Origin: Hellea sp.
GTDB taxonomy: Bacteria > Pseudomonadota > Alphaproteobacteria > Caulobacterales > Maricaulaceae
Assembly (NCBI GenBank): GCA_020628425.1
Contig: JAHDEZ010000003.1
Location: 25,996 to 89,995 of the forward strand
Direction of reading: 5' to 3'
DNA length: 64,000 nt
The notes under the pieces are model-generated. The model did not search any database and was not told where the DNA came from. It worked only from the letters and a program-made list of their open reading frames with translations. Made by a program: the position numbers and the translations under genes. Shown one piece after another: positions 40,238 to 50,177 of the stretch. Every line of letters starts with the position of its first letter. Position 1 is the stretch's first letter.

Positions 40238-40999
40238 ATGTCAAAAATTAAGTTCAGCTGTCGTGACGTCCGGGTCGCTTATTCAGGCAAGGAGGCATTG
40301 CACGGCATTGATATCGAGATTGAAGACCGGGGTGTAACTGCTTTTATTGGACCCTCTGGATGTGGAAAGTCCTCATTCTTGCGAGTGTTTAATCGTATGA
40401 ATGACACGATACCGGGGTGTACGGTTTCCGGACTGGTGGAAATGGACGGGCAGGATATTTATGCACCTAATCTGGATCCGGTTTTGTTGCGGGCCCGGGT
40501 AGGCATGGTTTTTCAAAAGCCAAACCCATTCCCGAAATCAATTTATGACAATGTTGCCTACGGCCCGCGAATTCATGGTCTATCAGCCAATCGAACCGAG
40601 CTCGATGAAATCGTTGAAAGCAGCTTGACCAAGGCTGGTCTTTGGGATGAGGTTAAAGACCGCCTGAAGGAATCTGGAACGGGCTTGTCAGGGGGACAAC
40701 AGCAACGTTTGGTTATAGCTCGCGCTATAGCCGTGAGCCCAGAAGTCATTCTGATGGATGAGCCTGCCTCGGCACTCGACCCAATTGCAACGGCCAAACT
40801 TGAGGAGTTAATTGACGAACTTTCTCAAAAATACTGTATCGTCATAGTCACTCATTCCATGGCACAAGCGGCGCGTATATCGCAACGTACCGCCTTTTTC
40901 CATATGGGTAACCTTGTCGAATATGATTTAACGAGTAATATTTTTACTAATCCGAGGGACAGTCGGACGCAGGATTATATCACGGGACGAACAGGATAG
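40238..40999 (+). CDS. pstB: Phosphate ABC transporter ATP-binding protein PstB
   Basis: Walker [10 protein letters not shown], signature LSGGQQQR and Walker B ILMDEP. Confidence 0.97.
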   Translation: MSKIKFSCRDVRVAYSGKEALHGIDIEIEDRGVTAFIGPSGCGKSSFLRVFNRMNDTIPGCTVSGLVEMDGQDIYAPNLDPVLLRARVGMVFQKPNPFPKSIYDNVAYGPRIHGLSANRTELDEIVESSLTKAGLWDEVKDRLKESGTGLSGGQQQRLVIARAIAVSPEVILMDEPASALDPIATAKLEELIDELSQKYCIVIVTHSMAQAARISQRTAFFHMGNLVEYDLTSNIFTNPRDSRTQDYITGRTG

Positions 41000-41003
41000 T
41001 GTC

Positions 41004-41726
41004 ATGAGTGAACATATTGTCAGTTCTTTTAGCGAGGATATGGATGGCCTGAAGGGCGAGCTAATCCGCATGGGACATCTGGTCGTAGATCAAATCGACA
41101 GCGCTGTTAAGTCATTAAAAGCCCGAGATACACAAATGGCAAATCGTGTTAACCTGAACGATAAACAGGTGGATGCTATTAATGACGATATTGAGGAGCG
41201 GGTCATGGCAATCCTAGCACTGCGTCACCCCTTTGCTGTTGACTTGCGTGAAACCATTGCTGCTCTAAAGGTTGCGCGCGAGTTGGAACGGATCGGAGAT
41301 CTGGCTAAAAACTGCGCCATGCGCGTCAGTGTTATCGTTGAGGATGACAAGGTCAAAGGCATAAAAAAAATCGTCAAAATGGGTAAACAGGTCTCGGCCA
41401 ATGTAGCCATGGCTATGTCAGCTTTTGAAAACCGAGATGTAGAACAGGCTCTGGATGTATGGTTTGGAGACGAAGCGATAGATGATTTTTGCAACGCGGT
41501 TTTTGAAACTATTTTAACTGGCATGATGGTCGACAACAGTAATGTGAATGCCTGTACGCAGATGACATTTATCGCCAAAAATCTGGAACGCATGGGGGAC
41601 CATGCCACACGGATAGCTTCAGCAACCCATTATGTTGTGACGGCAGAATCCATTCGCGAGAAGCGACCCAAGAGCGACCGTACCAGTACAACGCGATATC
41701 TTCTCGAAGAGGAAGACGAGGAATGA
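41004..41726 (+). CDS. phoU: Phosphate signalling complex protein PhoU
   Basis: 240 aa with two PhoU repeats (ELERIGDLAKN and NLERMGDHATR). It lies directly after pstB. Confidence 0.92.
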   Translation: MSEHIVSSFSEDMDGLKGELIRMGHLVVDQIDSAVKSLKARDTQMANRVNLNDKQVDAINDDIEERVMAILALRHPFAVDLRETIAALKVARELERIGDLAKNCAMRVSVIVEDDKVKGIKKIVKMGKQVSANVAMAMSAFENRDVEQALDVWFGDEAIDDFCNAVFETILTGMMVDNSNVNACTQMTFIAKNLERMGDHATRIASATHYVVTAESIREKRPKSDRTSTTRYLLEEEDEE

Positions 41727-41736
41727 TTCAGAACTT

Positions 41737-41762
41737 AAAGGTGCTTCAGTAACACCTTTTTG
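41737..41762 (+). terminator. Rho-independent terminator after phoU
   Basis: Stem aaaggtg (41737-41743), loop cttcagtaa-a, stem caccttt (41754-41760), then tt. Confidence 0.6.
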
Positions 41763-41807
41763 ATACGCAATATTTGACATGATTTTGATTCATGGCATTA
41801 AAACCTA

Positions 41808-42590
41808 ATGAATTCAGAATCCATTGAACCTTACTTGGAAGCTTATCAGGTCTCGGACGATGCGCCTGAAATTGTACCTGGCGTCCCCAGACGCGACTGG
41901 ATGGACATATTTCAAGACCGGCATCCTTATCGCTGTTTGCCCCTGACTATGGCTAACTCAACGGGTTGGCAATTGCTGTGTCCTTACCGGGTTGATATTA
42001 AGTGGAATGGCGGAAAACGGGCGGAAGACCTCATAATAAGTTCGCCAGATGTCTCTGATCCACATGCTTTCGCCCAAAGTCATTTCCGCGAGGGGATCGT
42101 AACTTTTCACACGAATTATGTATTCCGTACGCCGCCAGGTTGGGCGGTTCAATGCGGAGGTCCACCTAATTGGCCCAAACACGGGGTCTATCCTTTATCC
42201 GGATTGGTTGAAACCGATTGGTTACCGTTTCCTTTCACTATGAATTGGCAAATGACCAAGGCAGGTAAGGTGACTTTTGAAAAAGGGGAGCCCTATTGTT
42301 TTATTGCGCTGACCGAACACAACCGGTTGGAGCAAATAGAGCCCAAACTTAAAACGCTGGCGGCTAATAAGCAGCTCAAAGCCGATTATGATGCCTGGAA
42401 TCATAACCGAGCAGAATTCCTAAAAAGATTGAACTTAAACGAAAAAACTGCGGTGGCCGATGGCTGGCAGAAGAACTACATGAAAGGCGAAAACGACAAG
42501 GGCACAAAGATGAGTGACAGTCACGTAACCTCTCGGCGGATGAAAACCCCGAAGGATTTGCGAGGTAGCGCTGTCTTCCTCAAGTATTAG
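41808..42590 (+). CDS. Conserved hypothetical protein (no family I can name with confidence)
   Basis: 260-aa soluble ORF. The segment RHPYRCLPLTMANSTGWQLLCPY resembles, from memory, the 'ERCxP...AN..GW' signature of an uncharacterised DUF family. This is unverified. Confidence 0.5.
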   Translation: MNSESIEPYLEAYQVSDDAPEIVPGVPRRDWMDIFQDRHPYRCLPLTMANSTGWQLLCPYRVDIKWNGGKRAEDLIISSPDVSDPHAFAQSHFREGIVTFHTNYVFRTPPGWAVQCGGPPNWPKHGVYPLSGLVETDWLPFPFTMNWQMTKAGKVTFEKGEPYCFIALTEHNRLEQIEPKLKTLAANKQLKADYDAWNHNRAEFLKRLNLNEKTAVADGWQKNYMKGENDKGTKMSDSHVTSRRMKTPKDLRGSAVFLKY

Positions 42591-43866
42591 AATCGTTTTT
42601 CGCCGTAGGGAGTTTGCTCGTCCTGTCTGCCTTGTCGGTAACCATGAAGAAACTGACAATCGCGAGCACAGAAATGAACATTGCAGCAAAAAACGGTGCG
42701 CCGGGTTCATAATAGGGGGTATTTTTCTCGGCGAATACCTCAAAGACGGGGCCCATAATGACAGGGCCTGCCATTAGTGCAAGGCCTTGGGCGGCCCCAA
42801 TCGCACCTTGAAGTTCACCTTGTTCGCTGTCCGATACTCTACTCGACATCATATTATTGAGTGCCGGATTATAAAACCCTGCCAAAGCTGCAAATGGTCC
42901 CATGGCATATATCATGGGTCCGGTCGTAGCTAATCCCATGCCTGAATAAGCAATTATGGTTGCGACCATGCCAATAATTGCGCCCCAGAATAACCCGGTT
43001 TTGGGCAAGATTAGGCGGATGAGAAACCCCTGGACGAAAAAGCTCGCAATACCGAATGCCAAAAGGGAATAGCCTACATCTCCGGACGTCCATCCCAACT
43101 TTGTTTCAGTCGAAATTGTATATGTGGTTGGATAAACTGTGTGAGCCGCGGCCAATAGAAACAGAACGAATATCAATCCCTTTGCATTTTTGATGTTTCT
43201 AAGAGCCCTCACAGCGCCAAGAGGGGTTGCGCGCGACCATTTGAATGGGCGCCTATTCATTGGCTTTAGGGTTTCTGGCAGAACCAATAGTCCAAAAGCC
43301 ACATTCAACAATGAAAGAACACCCGCCACGATAAAAGGCAGCCGTGGATTGGCCAGTTCACCCAGGAATTTATCCGGGTCTCCCAGTATACCGCCGATAG
43401 CCGGGCCAATCATAAACCCGACGCCAAAAGCCGCGCCCACAAGCGCGAAGTTCTGCGCCCGTGTTTCCGGCGGGCTAACATCGGCCATATAGGCATTGGC
43501 CGTCGAAAATGTAGCGCCAAACGCCCCTGCTACAGCCCGCCCCAAAAACACGATCGCTATTACAGGTGCAAAAGCCATAATAAAATAATCTATGCCCAGG
43601 CCAAAGAGTGACAATAACATCACTGGACGCCGCCCATAGGCATCAGACAGAGCCCCGATAATTGGCATGAAAATAAATTGCATGACCGCAAATATCAGGG
43701 TCATGCCAGCCATATAGCGACCTAGCTGATGCTCAGGCAGTCCGGGAATAAGTTCACGTACAAGGTCTGGTAGCACAGGTATGATAATGCCAAAACCAAT
43801 AGCATTGATCATCACGGCAATCAGGACGAAGCTCATGGCTCTAATGTTGGTTGCGGATTTCGCCAT
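42580..43866 (-). CDS. MFS transporter (TetA/TCR-like drug:H+ antiporter family)
   Basis: 428 aa, 12 TM helices, and MFS motif A GALSDAYGRRPVML between TM2 and TM3. Confidence 0.85.
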   Translation of the reverse strand: MAKSATNIRAMSFVLIAVMINAIGFGIIIPVLPDLVRELIPGLPEHQLGRYMAGMTLIFAVMQFIFMPIIGALSDAYGRRPVMLLSLFGLGIDYFIMAFAPVIAIVFLGRAVAGAFGATFSTANAYMADVSPPETRAQNFALVGAAFGVGFMIGPAIGGILGDPDKFLGELANPRLPFIVAGVLSLLNVAFGLLVLPETLKPMNRRPFKWSRATPLGAVRALRNIKNAKGLIFVLFLLAAAHTVYPTTYTISTETKLGWTSGDVGYSLLAFGIASFFVQGFLIRLILPKTGLFWGAIIGMVATIIAYSGMGLATTGPMIYAMGPFAALAGFYNPALNNMMSSRVSDSEQGELQGAIGAAQGLALMAGPVIMGPVFEVFAEKNTPYYEPGAPFFAAMFISVLAIVSFFMVTDKADRTSKLPTAKNDSNT

Positions 43867-43880
43867 GTCGGGCGCCTAGG

Positions 43881-44384
43881 CTATTTCACTGGTTTTGCAT
43901 AGGGGCTAAATTCGATGACCAGTTGTTCATAGACTTTGCGTTTAAAAGGGACGATGAGGTTTGGTGTAGAGCTAAGCTCTCCCCATTTCCACTCTGAAAA
44001 CTCTTGAGGGAGATGAGCGCGTAAATTTATCTCTTGGTCAGTGCCCGTAAAACGAACGGCGAACCAGAATTGCTTTTGTCCTTTAAATTTTACGGTTCGG
44101 GGGTTTTTCTGAACATCCGGCGGGTAGTCATAGTAAAGCGGTTTTTGGGCGCGCCCCAATGGCGCCAAGTGTTGAACCGAAATACCTGTTTCTTCTTCAG
44201 TCTCTCTTATTGCGGCTAATTCAGCATCTTCCCCCGGATCGATTCCGCCTTGAGGAAATTGCCATACATAAGGGTTGTTCGAGTTAGGCTGGTTGCGATG
44301 ACCGAGCCAGACTTGACCTTTCGAATTAAAAATAGCCATGCCCACACAAGGGCGGTAAGGCCGCAGATCGTTTGACGATGGCAT
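43881..44384 (-). CDS. rppH: RNA pyrophosphohydrolase RppH (Nudix)
   Basis: 167 aa with the Nudix box GGIDPGEDAELAAIRETEEETG. N-terminus YRPCVGMAIFN and C-terminus EWKW as in RppH. Confidence 0.88.
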   Translation of the reverse strand: MPSSNDLRPYRPCVGMAIFNSKGQVWLGHRNQPNSNNPYVWQFPQGGIDPGEDAELAAIRETEEETGISVQHLAPLGRAQKPLYYDYPPDVQKNPRTVKFKGQKQFWFAVRFTGTDQEINLRAHLPQEFSEWKWGELSSTPNLIVPFKRKVYEQLVIEFSPYAKPVK

Positions 44385-44386
44385 AT

Positions 44387-45640
44387 TTATCTATTTAAAA
44401 CATAGCTGGCGGGTGCGATTTCCATGCCTTTGGCATCCAGCGAGGCGATCCAGCTTTTTACCGCGAGTACAGTTTCGGGCAGAGCGAAGCCTACACCTAT
44501 TTGAGGATTTCCCGTGGATGAGGCCGCTTCCAAACGGGAAAGTTCAGTTTGAATTTGTCCAAACTCAGAAGCCTTATCGATAATTGTATAAGCACTATTA
44601 AAACGAACGCCCGCGTCAGCAGACATCTGCGAAAGAGTTGGACTATCCTGAGACCCATCATAAATGAATCCAACACCCGCATTTCCGATGTGCATCAATA
44701 TTGGGGCCATAGCATTTTGATCGGCGACTAACCGGCCGCCATTATAATTAGTAACGGCAAAGTAGCCTTGAGCTCGACTCATCAGCCAATCCAGATTTCG
44801 TACGTTCACAGCTGGACTTGCTTCCACTTTCAAAGCGCGTCCTGCACCGGGTTCAGTGGGATTAAAATTATGACCTTCCATAGGTAGCTCGATAAGAACT
44901 TCATGTCCCCGGTCACGAGCTTGTTGCACCCAAGTCTGCAGGCCATTGGCATGTGCAGCGAATGATAGCGTGACTTCAGGTGGAAGTTCTCGAATAATCC
45001 GATTAGTCAAATTCCGGTCAATCCCCAAGCCGCCAATGATAACCGAGACTTGCGTTTTACCTACTGTCGGTGTGAAGGGCCGTGCATAACTTTTAACCGC
45101 AGAATTACCTGTAGCGGACATAATTGGGACAGGTCCATATGGGCTATTTCGAACTATATCTGCAAAGGGTGCGCGCGGTAATGCGGCGCCCGAATAATAG
45201 TCGCCGCCGTCAATGGGTTTTCCGTCAATCATAATTGTGCGGGGACCAGTCTCTATTGGCCGCACAGAAGCAATTTGTTCAACGGGTGGTACAGGGTCCG
45301 CTCCTGCCAGAATGTTTTGACCGGTCGGGTTACCTAAAGCGTCTATTTGTTCCGTTGGATTTTCGCCTTCGGCAACAACGCCAACCAGTAAATCAGGCAG
45401 ATCTGTACCATTGCCTGCTAAATTGTCTGACGCAACCGGCAAAGGGGCGCGCTCAATACCGATTTTTCCTTCAGCAATAGCATCGTGTTGATTTCCCATG
45501 ACGGAATATCCGATGCCGAGACAGGCTATCAGAGCCAATGAAAAAATGGACGCATGAATGGCGTGACGCCTTACAGAGGGCAGGTTTGTTTCGCGCCTCC
45601 TAACGTGGGTAATAGAGCCTTCTTGATGTTTGTCCGACAT
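44387..45640 (-). CDS. Divergent polysaccharide deacetylase family protein (YibQ-like)
   Basis: An N-terminal TM anchor and a Pro/Gly-rich linker precede the C-terminal YibQ-type domain (VSVIIGGLG..., LSFAAHANG, LIELPME). It has the conserved position next to ctpA. Confidence 0.75.
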   Translation of the reverse strand: MSDKHQEGSITHVRRRETNLPSVRRHAIHASIFSLALIACLGIGYSVMGNQHDAIAEGKIGIERAPLPVASDNLAGNGTDLPDLLVGVVAEGENPTEQIDALGNPTGQNILAGADPVPPVEQIASVRPIETGPRTIMIDGKPIDGGDYYSGAALPRAPFADIVRNSPYGPVPIMSATGNSAVKSYARPFTPTVGKTQVSVIIGGLGIDRNLTNRIIRELPPEVTLSFAAHANGLQTWVQQARDRGHEVLIELPMEGHNFNPTEPGAGRALKVEASPAVNVRNLDWLMSRAQGYFAVTNYNGGRLVADQNAMAPILMHIGNAGVGFIYDGSQDSPTLSQMSADAGVRFNSAYTIIDKASEFGQIQTELSRLEAASSTGNPQIGVGFALPETVLAVKSWIASLDAKGMEIAPASYVLNR

Positions 45641-45762
45641 ACTTTGGTCGACCTTTATTCGTACCGATTCCTATAATTTATAGTAAATTATTATCCCTAA
45701 CAGGGTGTAAATGCATGTTTCGGGCCACATACCGGAAACTCAATCGGATTTGTTAAATCGAG

Positions 45763-47076
45763 TTAAAATGGAAACTTATTACGGCTTGTCAGGCGCTGTT
45801 TGTGGTCAGGGCTTTTGACCAGACGAATGGCTTGCTGTAATTGATAATCCTCATCATCAGGATGACTGTCTGGTGGGAATAGCATTTCGGAGAAGTTCTC
45901 CTCTACATCGGTTTCAGCGTTACCAAGAGCGTTCTGCAAGTCTGACTCACGAAAACGGCGTCGTGTTTCTTCGCTATCGGGCGTTTGTGATACCAAGACA
46001 TCAGGCATTATGCCCAGTCCCTGAATAGAGCGGCCTGAAGGCGTGTAGTAGCGTTCTGTAGTTAAGCGCAGAGCGCCTTCATTGCCAATTTGAAGAATGG
46101 ATTGCACAGATCCTTTCCCGAAAGACCGACGACCTACAACTAGAGCTCGATTTCTGTCCTGTAACGCACCTGCAATGATTTCTGATGCTGACGCTGATTG
46201 GCTGTTAATCATCACAACAAGTGGTACACTTGGTAAAAGCTCTCCGGCTTCTGCATGGTATCTTCGCGTCATATCTGCCGTACGTCCTCGAGATGAAAAA
46301 ACTTCACCCCCGTCTAGGAAATAGCCCGTAACATTGACGACTTGGTCAACTCGGCCGCCACCATTGCTGCGAACATCAATGATTAAGCCGGGTAGGGTTC
46401 CGCCTGCTTCAGACTTCAAATCTTCAACGGCCGCTTCCACATCTTCGGTGAGACGAGGATGATTAAAGGACTCAATATAGATATATCCAACACCTTCTTC
46501 AATTCTGTGTCGGACGGCGCGACCATAAATGATTTCACGAATAACAGTGACGTCCCGAGAGGTGTTATCGGGAGATAATACTGTGACAGTAATGGGATCG
46601 CCAGCCAAACCTCGCATGCCTTCTACTGCATCATCTAATGATTTCCCCAAGACCTTTTCGCCTTCGACGGCAGTTATGTAGTCACCCCTTTTGATACCCG
46701 CCTTATCAGCAGGACCGCCTGGCAAAGCGTAATTTACAAGTACAAGTCCGGCCTCTGCAGTTATTTCTATCCCCAGTCCGCCATATTCTCTTCGGGCGCT
46801 TTTTTGGCGTTCGGAGTGTTCTTCCTGAGGGACATAACTTGAATGCGGATCAAGTGATTCAAGCGCCCCGTTTAAGGCGCCCTCAATCAAGTCCTCGTCG
46901 GCTGTATCTTCAACGTAGTTGTCTCTGACTACTGAAAACACTTCGGCGAAAAGCTCGAGCTGTCTGATCATTTCTACATCTTCGGCTTTTTGATTGTCCT
47001 GCGCTAACACCGGATGAGAAAAACTCATCAAAGAAATGATGAGTATAATAAAAAAAGCGCGCAATTTTAGATGCAT
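45763..47076 (-). CDS. ctpA: S41 carboxy-terminal processing peptidase (CtpA paralogue 2)
   Basis: Signal peptide, PDZ domain (GGLGIEITAE...GGPADKAGIKRGDYI), catalytic Ser context NSQSASASEIIAGAL and Lys context SFGKGSVQ. Confidence 0.9.
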   Translation of the reverse strand: MHLKLRAFFIILIISLMSFSHPVLAQDNQKAEDVEMIRQLELFAEVFSVVRDNYVEDTADEDLIEGALNGALESLDPHSSYVPQEEHSERQKSARREYGGLGIEITAEAGLVLVNYALPGGPADKAGIKRGDYITAVEGEKVLGKSLDDAVEGMRGLAGDPITVTVLSPDNTSRDVTVIREIIYGRAVRHRIEEGVGYIYIESFNHPRLTEDVEAAVEDLKSEAGGTLPGLIIDVRSNGGGRVDQVVNVTGYFLDGGEVFSSRGRTADMTRRYHAEAGELLPSVPLVVMINSQSASASEIIAGALQDRNRALVVGRRSFGKGSVQSILQIGNEGALRLTTERYYTPSGRSIQGLGIMPDVLVSQTPDSEETRRRFRESDLQNALGNAETDVEENFSEMLFPPDSHPDDEDYQLQQAIRLVKSPDHKQRLTSRNKFPF

Positions 47077-47112
47077 GGATCCTGTGTCTTCCAGTCAGAT
47101 AAGATGGCGATG

Positions 47113-48423
47113 TTATTCCTGACTCGCCTGGGCTAGCTTCGTGCTGTAGCTACCATCCTTTAAAATTTCAATAGCCCGCTTAAGCTGATAATCGTCTTTT
47201 TCATCAAAGCCTGCAGGTGGGTATTCAATTTGGATTTCCACTTCATCTGAGTCGGAGTCCAACTCGTTTTGAATGGAATTTGGTAAGTCAGACTCTGACA
47301 TACGGTTGTTGGTTTCTTCCTCAGACGTCGCGGCAATCGCAATGTCTGGCGTGATACCTGTGGCCTGAATGGAGCGACCTGCTGGTGTATAATAACGCTG
47401 TGTTGTAAGGCGCAGGGCGCCGTCACGACCGCCTCTCAATGGAATAACGGCCTGAACCGACCCTTTCCCGAATGATGTCATTCCGACAACGAGACCTCTA
47501 TCGCGGTCTTGGACAGCGCCGGCTACAATTTCAGAGGCTGAAGCTGAAGCACTATCGATGAGCACGACCAAAGGGACGTCTTTAAGTAACTGTCCTTTTT
47601 CAGCTGAGTAACTGTTGACGTCTTTGGCCTGCCGCCCTCGAGTGGAAACCACTTCACCGCCATCAAGAAACGCACTGCTGACTTTGACAGACTGGTCAAG
47701 TAAACCGCCCGGGTTGCCACGCAGATCTAATACGACTCCAGGAATATTGCCGCCGAATTCTTTTTTCATAGCTGAAACAGCATCTTTCAACGTATCTGTT
47801 GTTTTTTCGTTGAACTGAGGAATTCGGAGATATCCGACACCATCTTTTATCTCCCACTTTGTTGCTCGGGATTTAATAACGGCGCGAACCAAGTCAAATT
47901 CCATGGGATCGTTATCACCACGAATGATAGTGATTGTAATCGGCTCACCTGGTTTACCGCGCATACGTTCAACCGCTTCGTCCAAAGAAACGCCGATTAT
48001 GTTTTCACCGTCAATTTCTGTGATATAATCTCCGGCTTTGATGCCGGCGTCCTTGGCGGGACTGTCATCAATAGGGGCAACAACTTTGACGACTCCAGAT
48101 TGAGACGTCACTTCCATCCCAAGTCCACCATATTCGCCAGCAGTTGTTGTCTGCATGCGTTTCCATTGTTCCGGGTTGATGTAACTGGAGTGCGGATCCA
48201 GTGACTGCAGCATGCCATTCATAGCGCCTTCGATGAGTTCACTATCTTCGACATCGATAACATATTCACCACGTACACGCGCCATAACATCAGCAAACAA
48301 CTCAAGCTGACGGAATGTGTCAGTCCGAGATGTGTCTTTGGCATTGGCCGTATGTGAGACGCTGGAAAAAGCAAAAAGAGCTGTTGCAGTCACTGCGCCT
48401 AATGTGGGTAGAATATATTTCAT
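47113..48423 (-). CDS. ctpA: S41 carboxy-terminal processing peptidase (CtpA paralogue 1)
   Basis: Signal peptide, PDZ domain (GGLGMEVTSQ...DSPAKDAGIKAGDYI), catalytic DSASASASEIVAGAV and SFGKGSVQ. It is colinear with the adjacent paralogue. Confidence 0.9.
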   Translation of the reverse strand: MKYILPTLGAVTATALFAFSSVSHTANAKDTSRTDTFRQLELFADVMARVRGEYVIDVEDSELIEGAMNGMLQSLDPHSSYINPEQWKRMQTTTAGEYGGLGMEVTSQSGVVKVVAPIDDSPAKDAGIKAGDYITEIDGENIIGVSLDEAVERMRGKPGEPITITIIRGDNDPMEFDLVRAVIKSRATKWEIKDGVGYLRIPQFNEKTTDTLKDAVSAMKKEFGGNIPGVVLDLRGNPGGLLDQSVKVSSAFLDGGEVVSTRGRQAKDVNSYSAEKGQLLKDVPLVVLIDSASASASEIVAGAVQDRDRGLVVGMTSFGKGSVQAVIPLRGGRDGALRLTTQRYYTPAGRSIQATGITPDIAIAATSEEETNNRMSESDLPNSIQNELDSDSDEVEIQIEYPPAGFDEKDDYQLKRAIEILKDGSYSTKLAQASQE

Positions 48424-48488
48424 CGCGTTCTCCTTACTGTCAGCTTATCCGTCATCGCTGTTCCATTCCAGCAAAAATGTTAGCCAAA

Positions 48489-49703
48489 TTACCTATGTGC
48501 AAATGTAGTGCCGAACCACGGCACAGGATCCAAGGTAGACCCATTTTTCCTCACTTCTATATACAATTTTTCGTTAGATGCCGAATTAACAGGCATTAAT
48601 GCAAGACTATCGCCAGCCGAAACGTCAGAACCCCCTTGAATGTGCAATTGCCCCAACCCAGTCAAGAGGATGAAATACCCGTCTCCAGCGTTGATAATGA
48701 CGACATTCCCGTAGTTCTTAAAAGCACCTGCAAAATCAATCCGCCCAGCCGCCGGAGCAAACACCTCAGTTGAGCCTTCCGTTTCGATTGTTATACCGGG
48801 ATGGGCCGATGAATACCCCTTAACGAGAGTTCCGGTGACTGGAGAAAAAAGGTTTCCTTTAGATCTGGAGAACCTAATGTCGTCCGAAGAAAGATTGACT
48901 GGACGTGTTTCACGCCGATTGGATATGGCCGGTTGTTCCGATTTGGGCGCGTTAGGATCTGGCTTGATTCGAGGAATGACTTCACGCGAGCTATACTCTA
49001 GTCGATTAATCAACTCCTGGAGGTTCTGAGCTTCGGCAGCCAGAGCTTGCCGCCGCGCTTGAGCTTCGCCGTAGTCTGCGGTGAGACTGCGCTCTAATTG
49101 GTTTTTTTCAGTTACCTGGTTTTGTAAAATAGATTGCTTTGCTTGCAATTTTTGCCGGTTGCTATTTTGTGCAGCTTTCTTGTTAGCAATATCAGCGCGC
49201 AATAATTCTAATTCATCCAATGATGTTTTCAGTCTGGTTACCCGCAGTCCTAGCTGTGAATTAACATTACGCATTAAAAGCCCGGCCCTTACTGAATCAG
49301 CAGCGTCATTAGGGCGGACCGCAAAAGAGGGCGGCGGATTATTTTCAATACGTTGTAATGCCGCCATTATCCTCGTCATCGATGCCTTATCTTTAGTGAT
49401 GATTGCCTCTAGTTCTGACTTTTGAATTTCCAGCTGTGACAATTCTTGAGACATCTCGCTTTCTTGCTGAGATAACCGCGATATCTGACTGGAGGTCTGA
49501 TTGATGTTTGTCTTAAGCGACTTAATCTCAGACAGGACTTGGTCTCGCTTGGCCTTTATCTCATTTTCAATTTGGGCTTCGGCTTCGGTTTGTTTTTGAA
49601 TTTCTTCGAGTTTGTCCGGATCCAGATCTTGCCCATACCCCATTGTTGGCGAGTACAATATAAGCAGCACGCTTACAGCTGATATCCTGATGAACCGTTT
49701 CAT
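48489..49703 (-). CDS. envC: EnvC-like murein hydrolase activator (coiled coil + degenerate LytM/M23 domain)
   Basis: Signal peptide, about 230 aa of coiled coil, and a C-terminal LytM fold. The LytM fold lacks the HxxxD and HxH metal ligands (the region reads SSAHPGITIE...KLYIEVR), as in EnvC-type activators. Confidence 0.75.
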   Translation of the reverse strand: MKRFIRISAVSVLLILYSPTMGYGQDLDPDKLEEIQKQTEAEAQIENEIKAKRDQVLSEIKSLKTNINQTSSQISRLSQQESEMSQELSQLEIQKSELEAIITKDKASMTRIMAALQRIENNPPPSFAVRPNDAADSVRAGLLMRNVNSQLGLRVTRLKTSLDELELLRADIANKKAAQNSNRQKLQAKQSILQNQVTEKNQLERSLTADYGEAQARRQALAAEAQNLQELINRLEYSSREVIPRIKPDPNAPKSEQPAISNRRETRPVNLSSDDIRFSRSKGNLFSPVTGTLVKGYSSAHPGITIETEGSTEVFAPAAGRIDFAGAFKNYGNVVIINAGDGYFILLTGLGQLHIQGGSDVSAGDSLALMPVNSASNEKLYIEVRKNGSTLDPVPWFGTTFAHR

Positions 49704-49709
49704 ATTGAA

Positions 49710-50177
49710 TCAGTCACGATGATAGGGTGTATTTGCCAAAATCGACAAGGCTCGATACATTTGCTCAGCAGCCATAACGCGGACAAGTTTGTGGGGCCAG
49801 GTTTGGGAACCGAAAGACCATTTATGCACCATATTTGGCAAATCAGACGGTTCAAATCCGTCAGCGCCCCCGATAACCAGGCAGATGTCTGTTCCGTCCA
49901 TTTGCCAGACAGACAATGTTTTGGCTATTTGTCGTGAGGTGAGGTTTTCTCCACGTTCATCCAGAGCAATGTACCGGACCGAGCGGTGATGATCATAAAA
50001 TAGCTTTTGCGTTTCTTCACTGCGGCTCTTACACTTTCTGAGGTCAATTTCCTGTTCGCTAACAGAATGAAAGCCACACCTCGACGTCAGACCATTCGCT
50101 CGTTTCAGGTAGTCATCAACGAGCGTGCGTTCTGGTCCGATTCGGACAGTCCCAGCGGCACGGATTATCAGCTTCAT
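49710..50177 (-). CDS. rlmH: 23S rRNA (pseudouridine1915-N3)-methyltransferase RlmH
   Basis: 155 aa of the SPOUT family, with IGGADGF and the C-terminal WPHKLVRVMAAEQMYRA motif. Confidence 0.9.
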   Translation of the reverse strand: MKLIIRAAGTVRIGPERTLVDDYLKRANGLTSRCGFHSVSEQEIDLRKCKSRSEETQKLFYDHHRSVRYIALDERGENLTSRQIAKTLSVWQMDGTDICLVIGGADGFEPSDLPNMVHKWSFGSQTWPHKLVRVMAAEQMYRALSILANTPYHRD

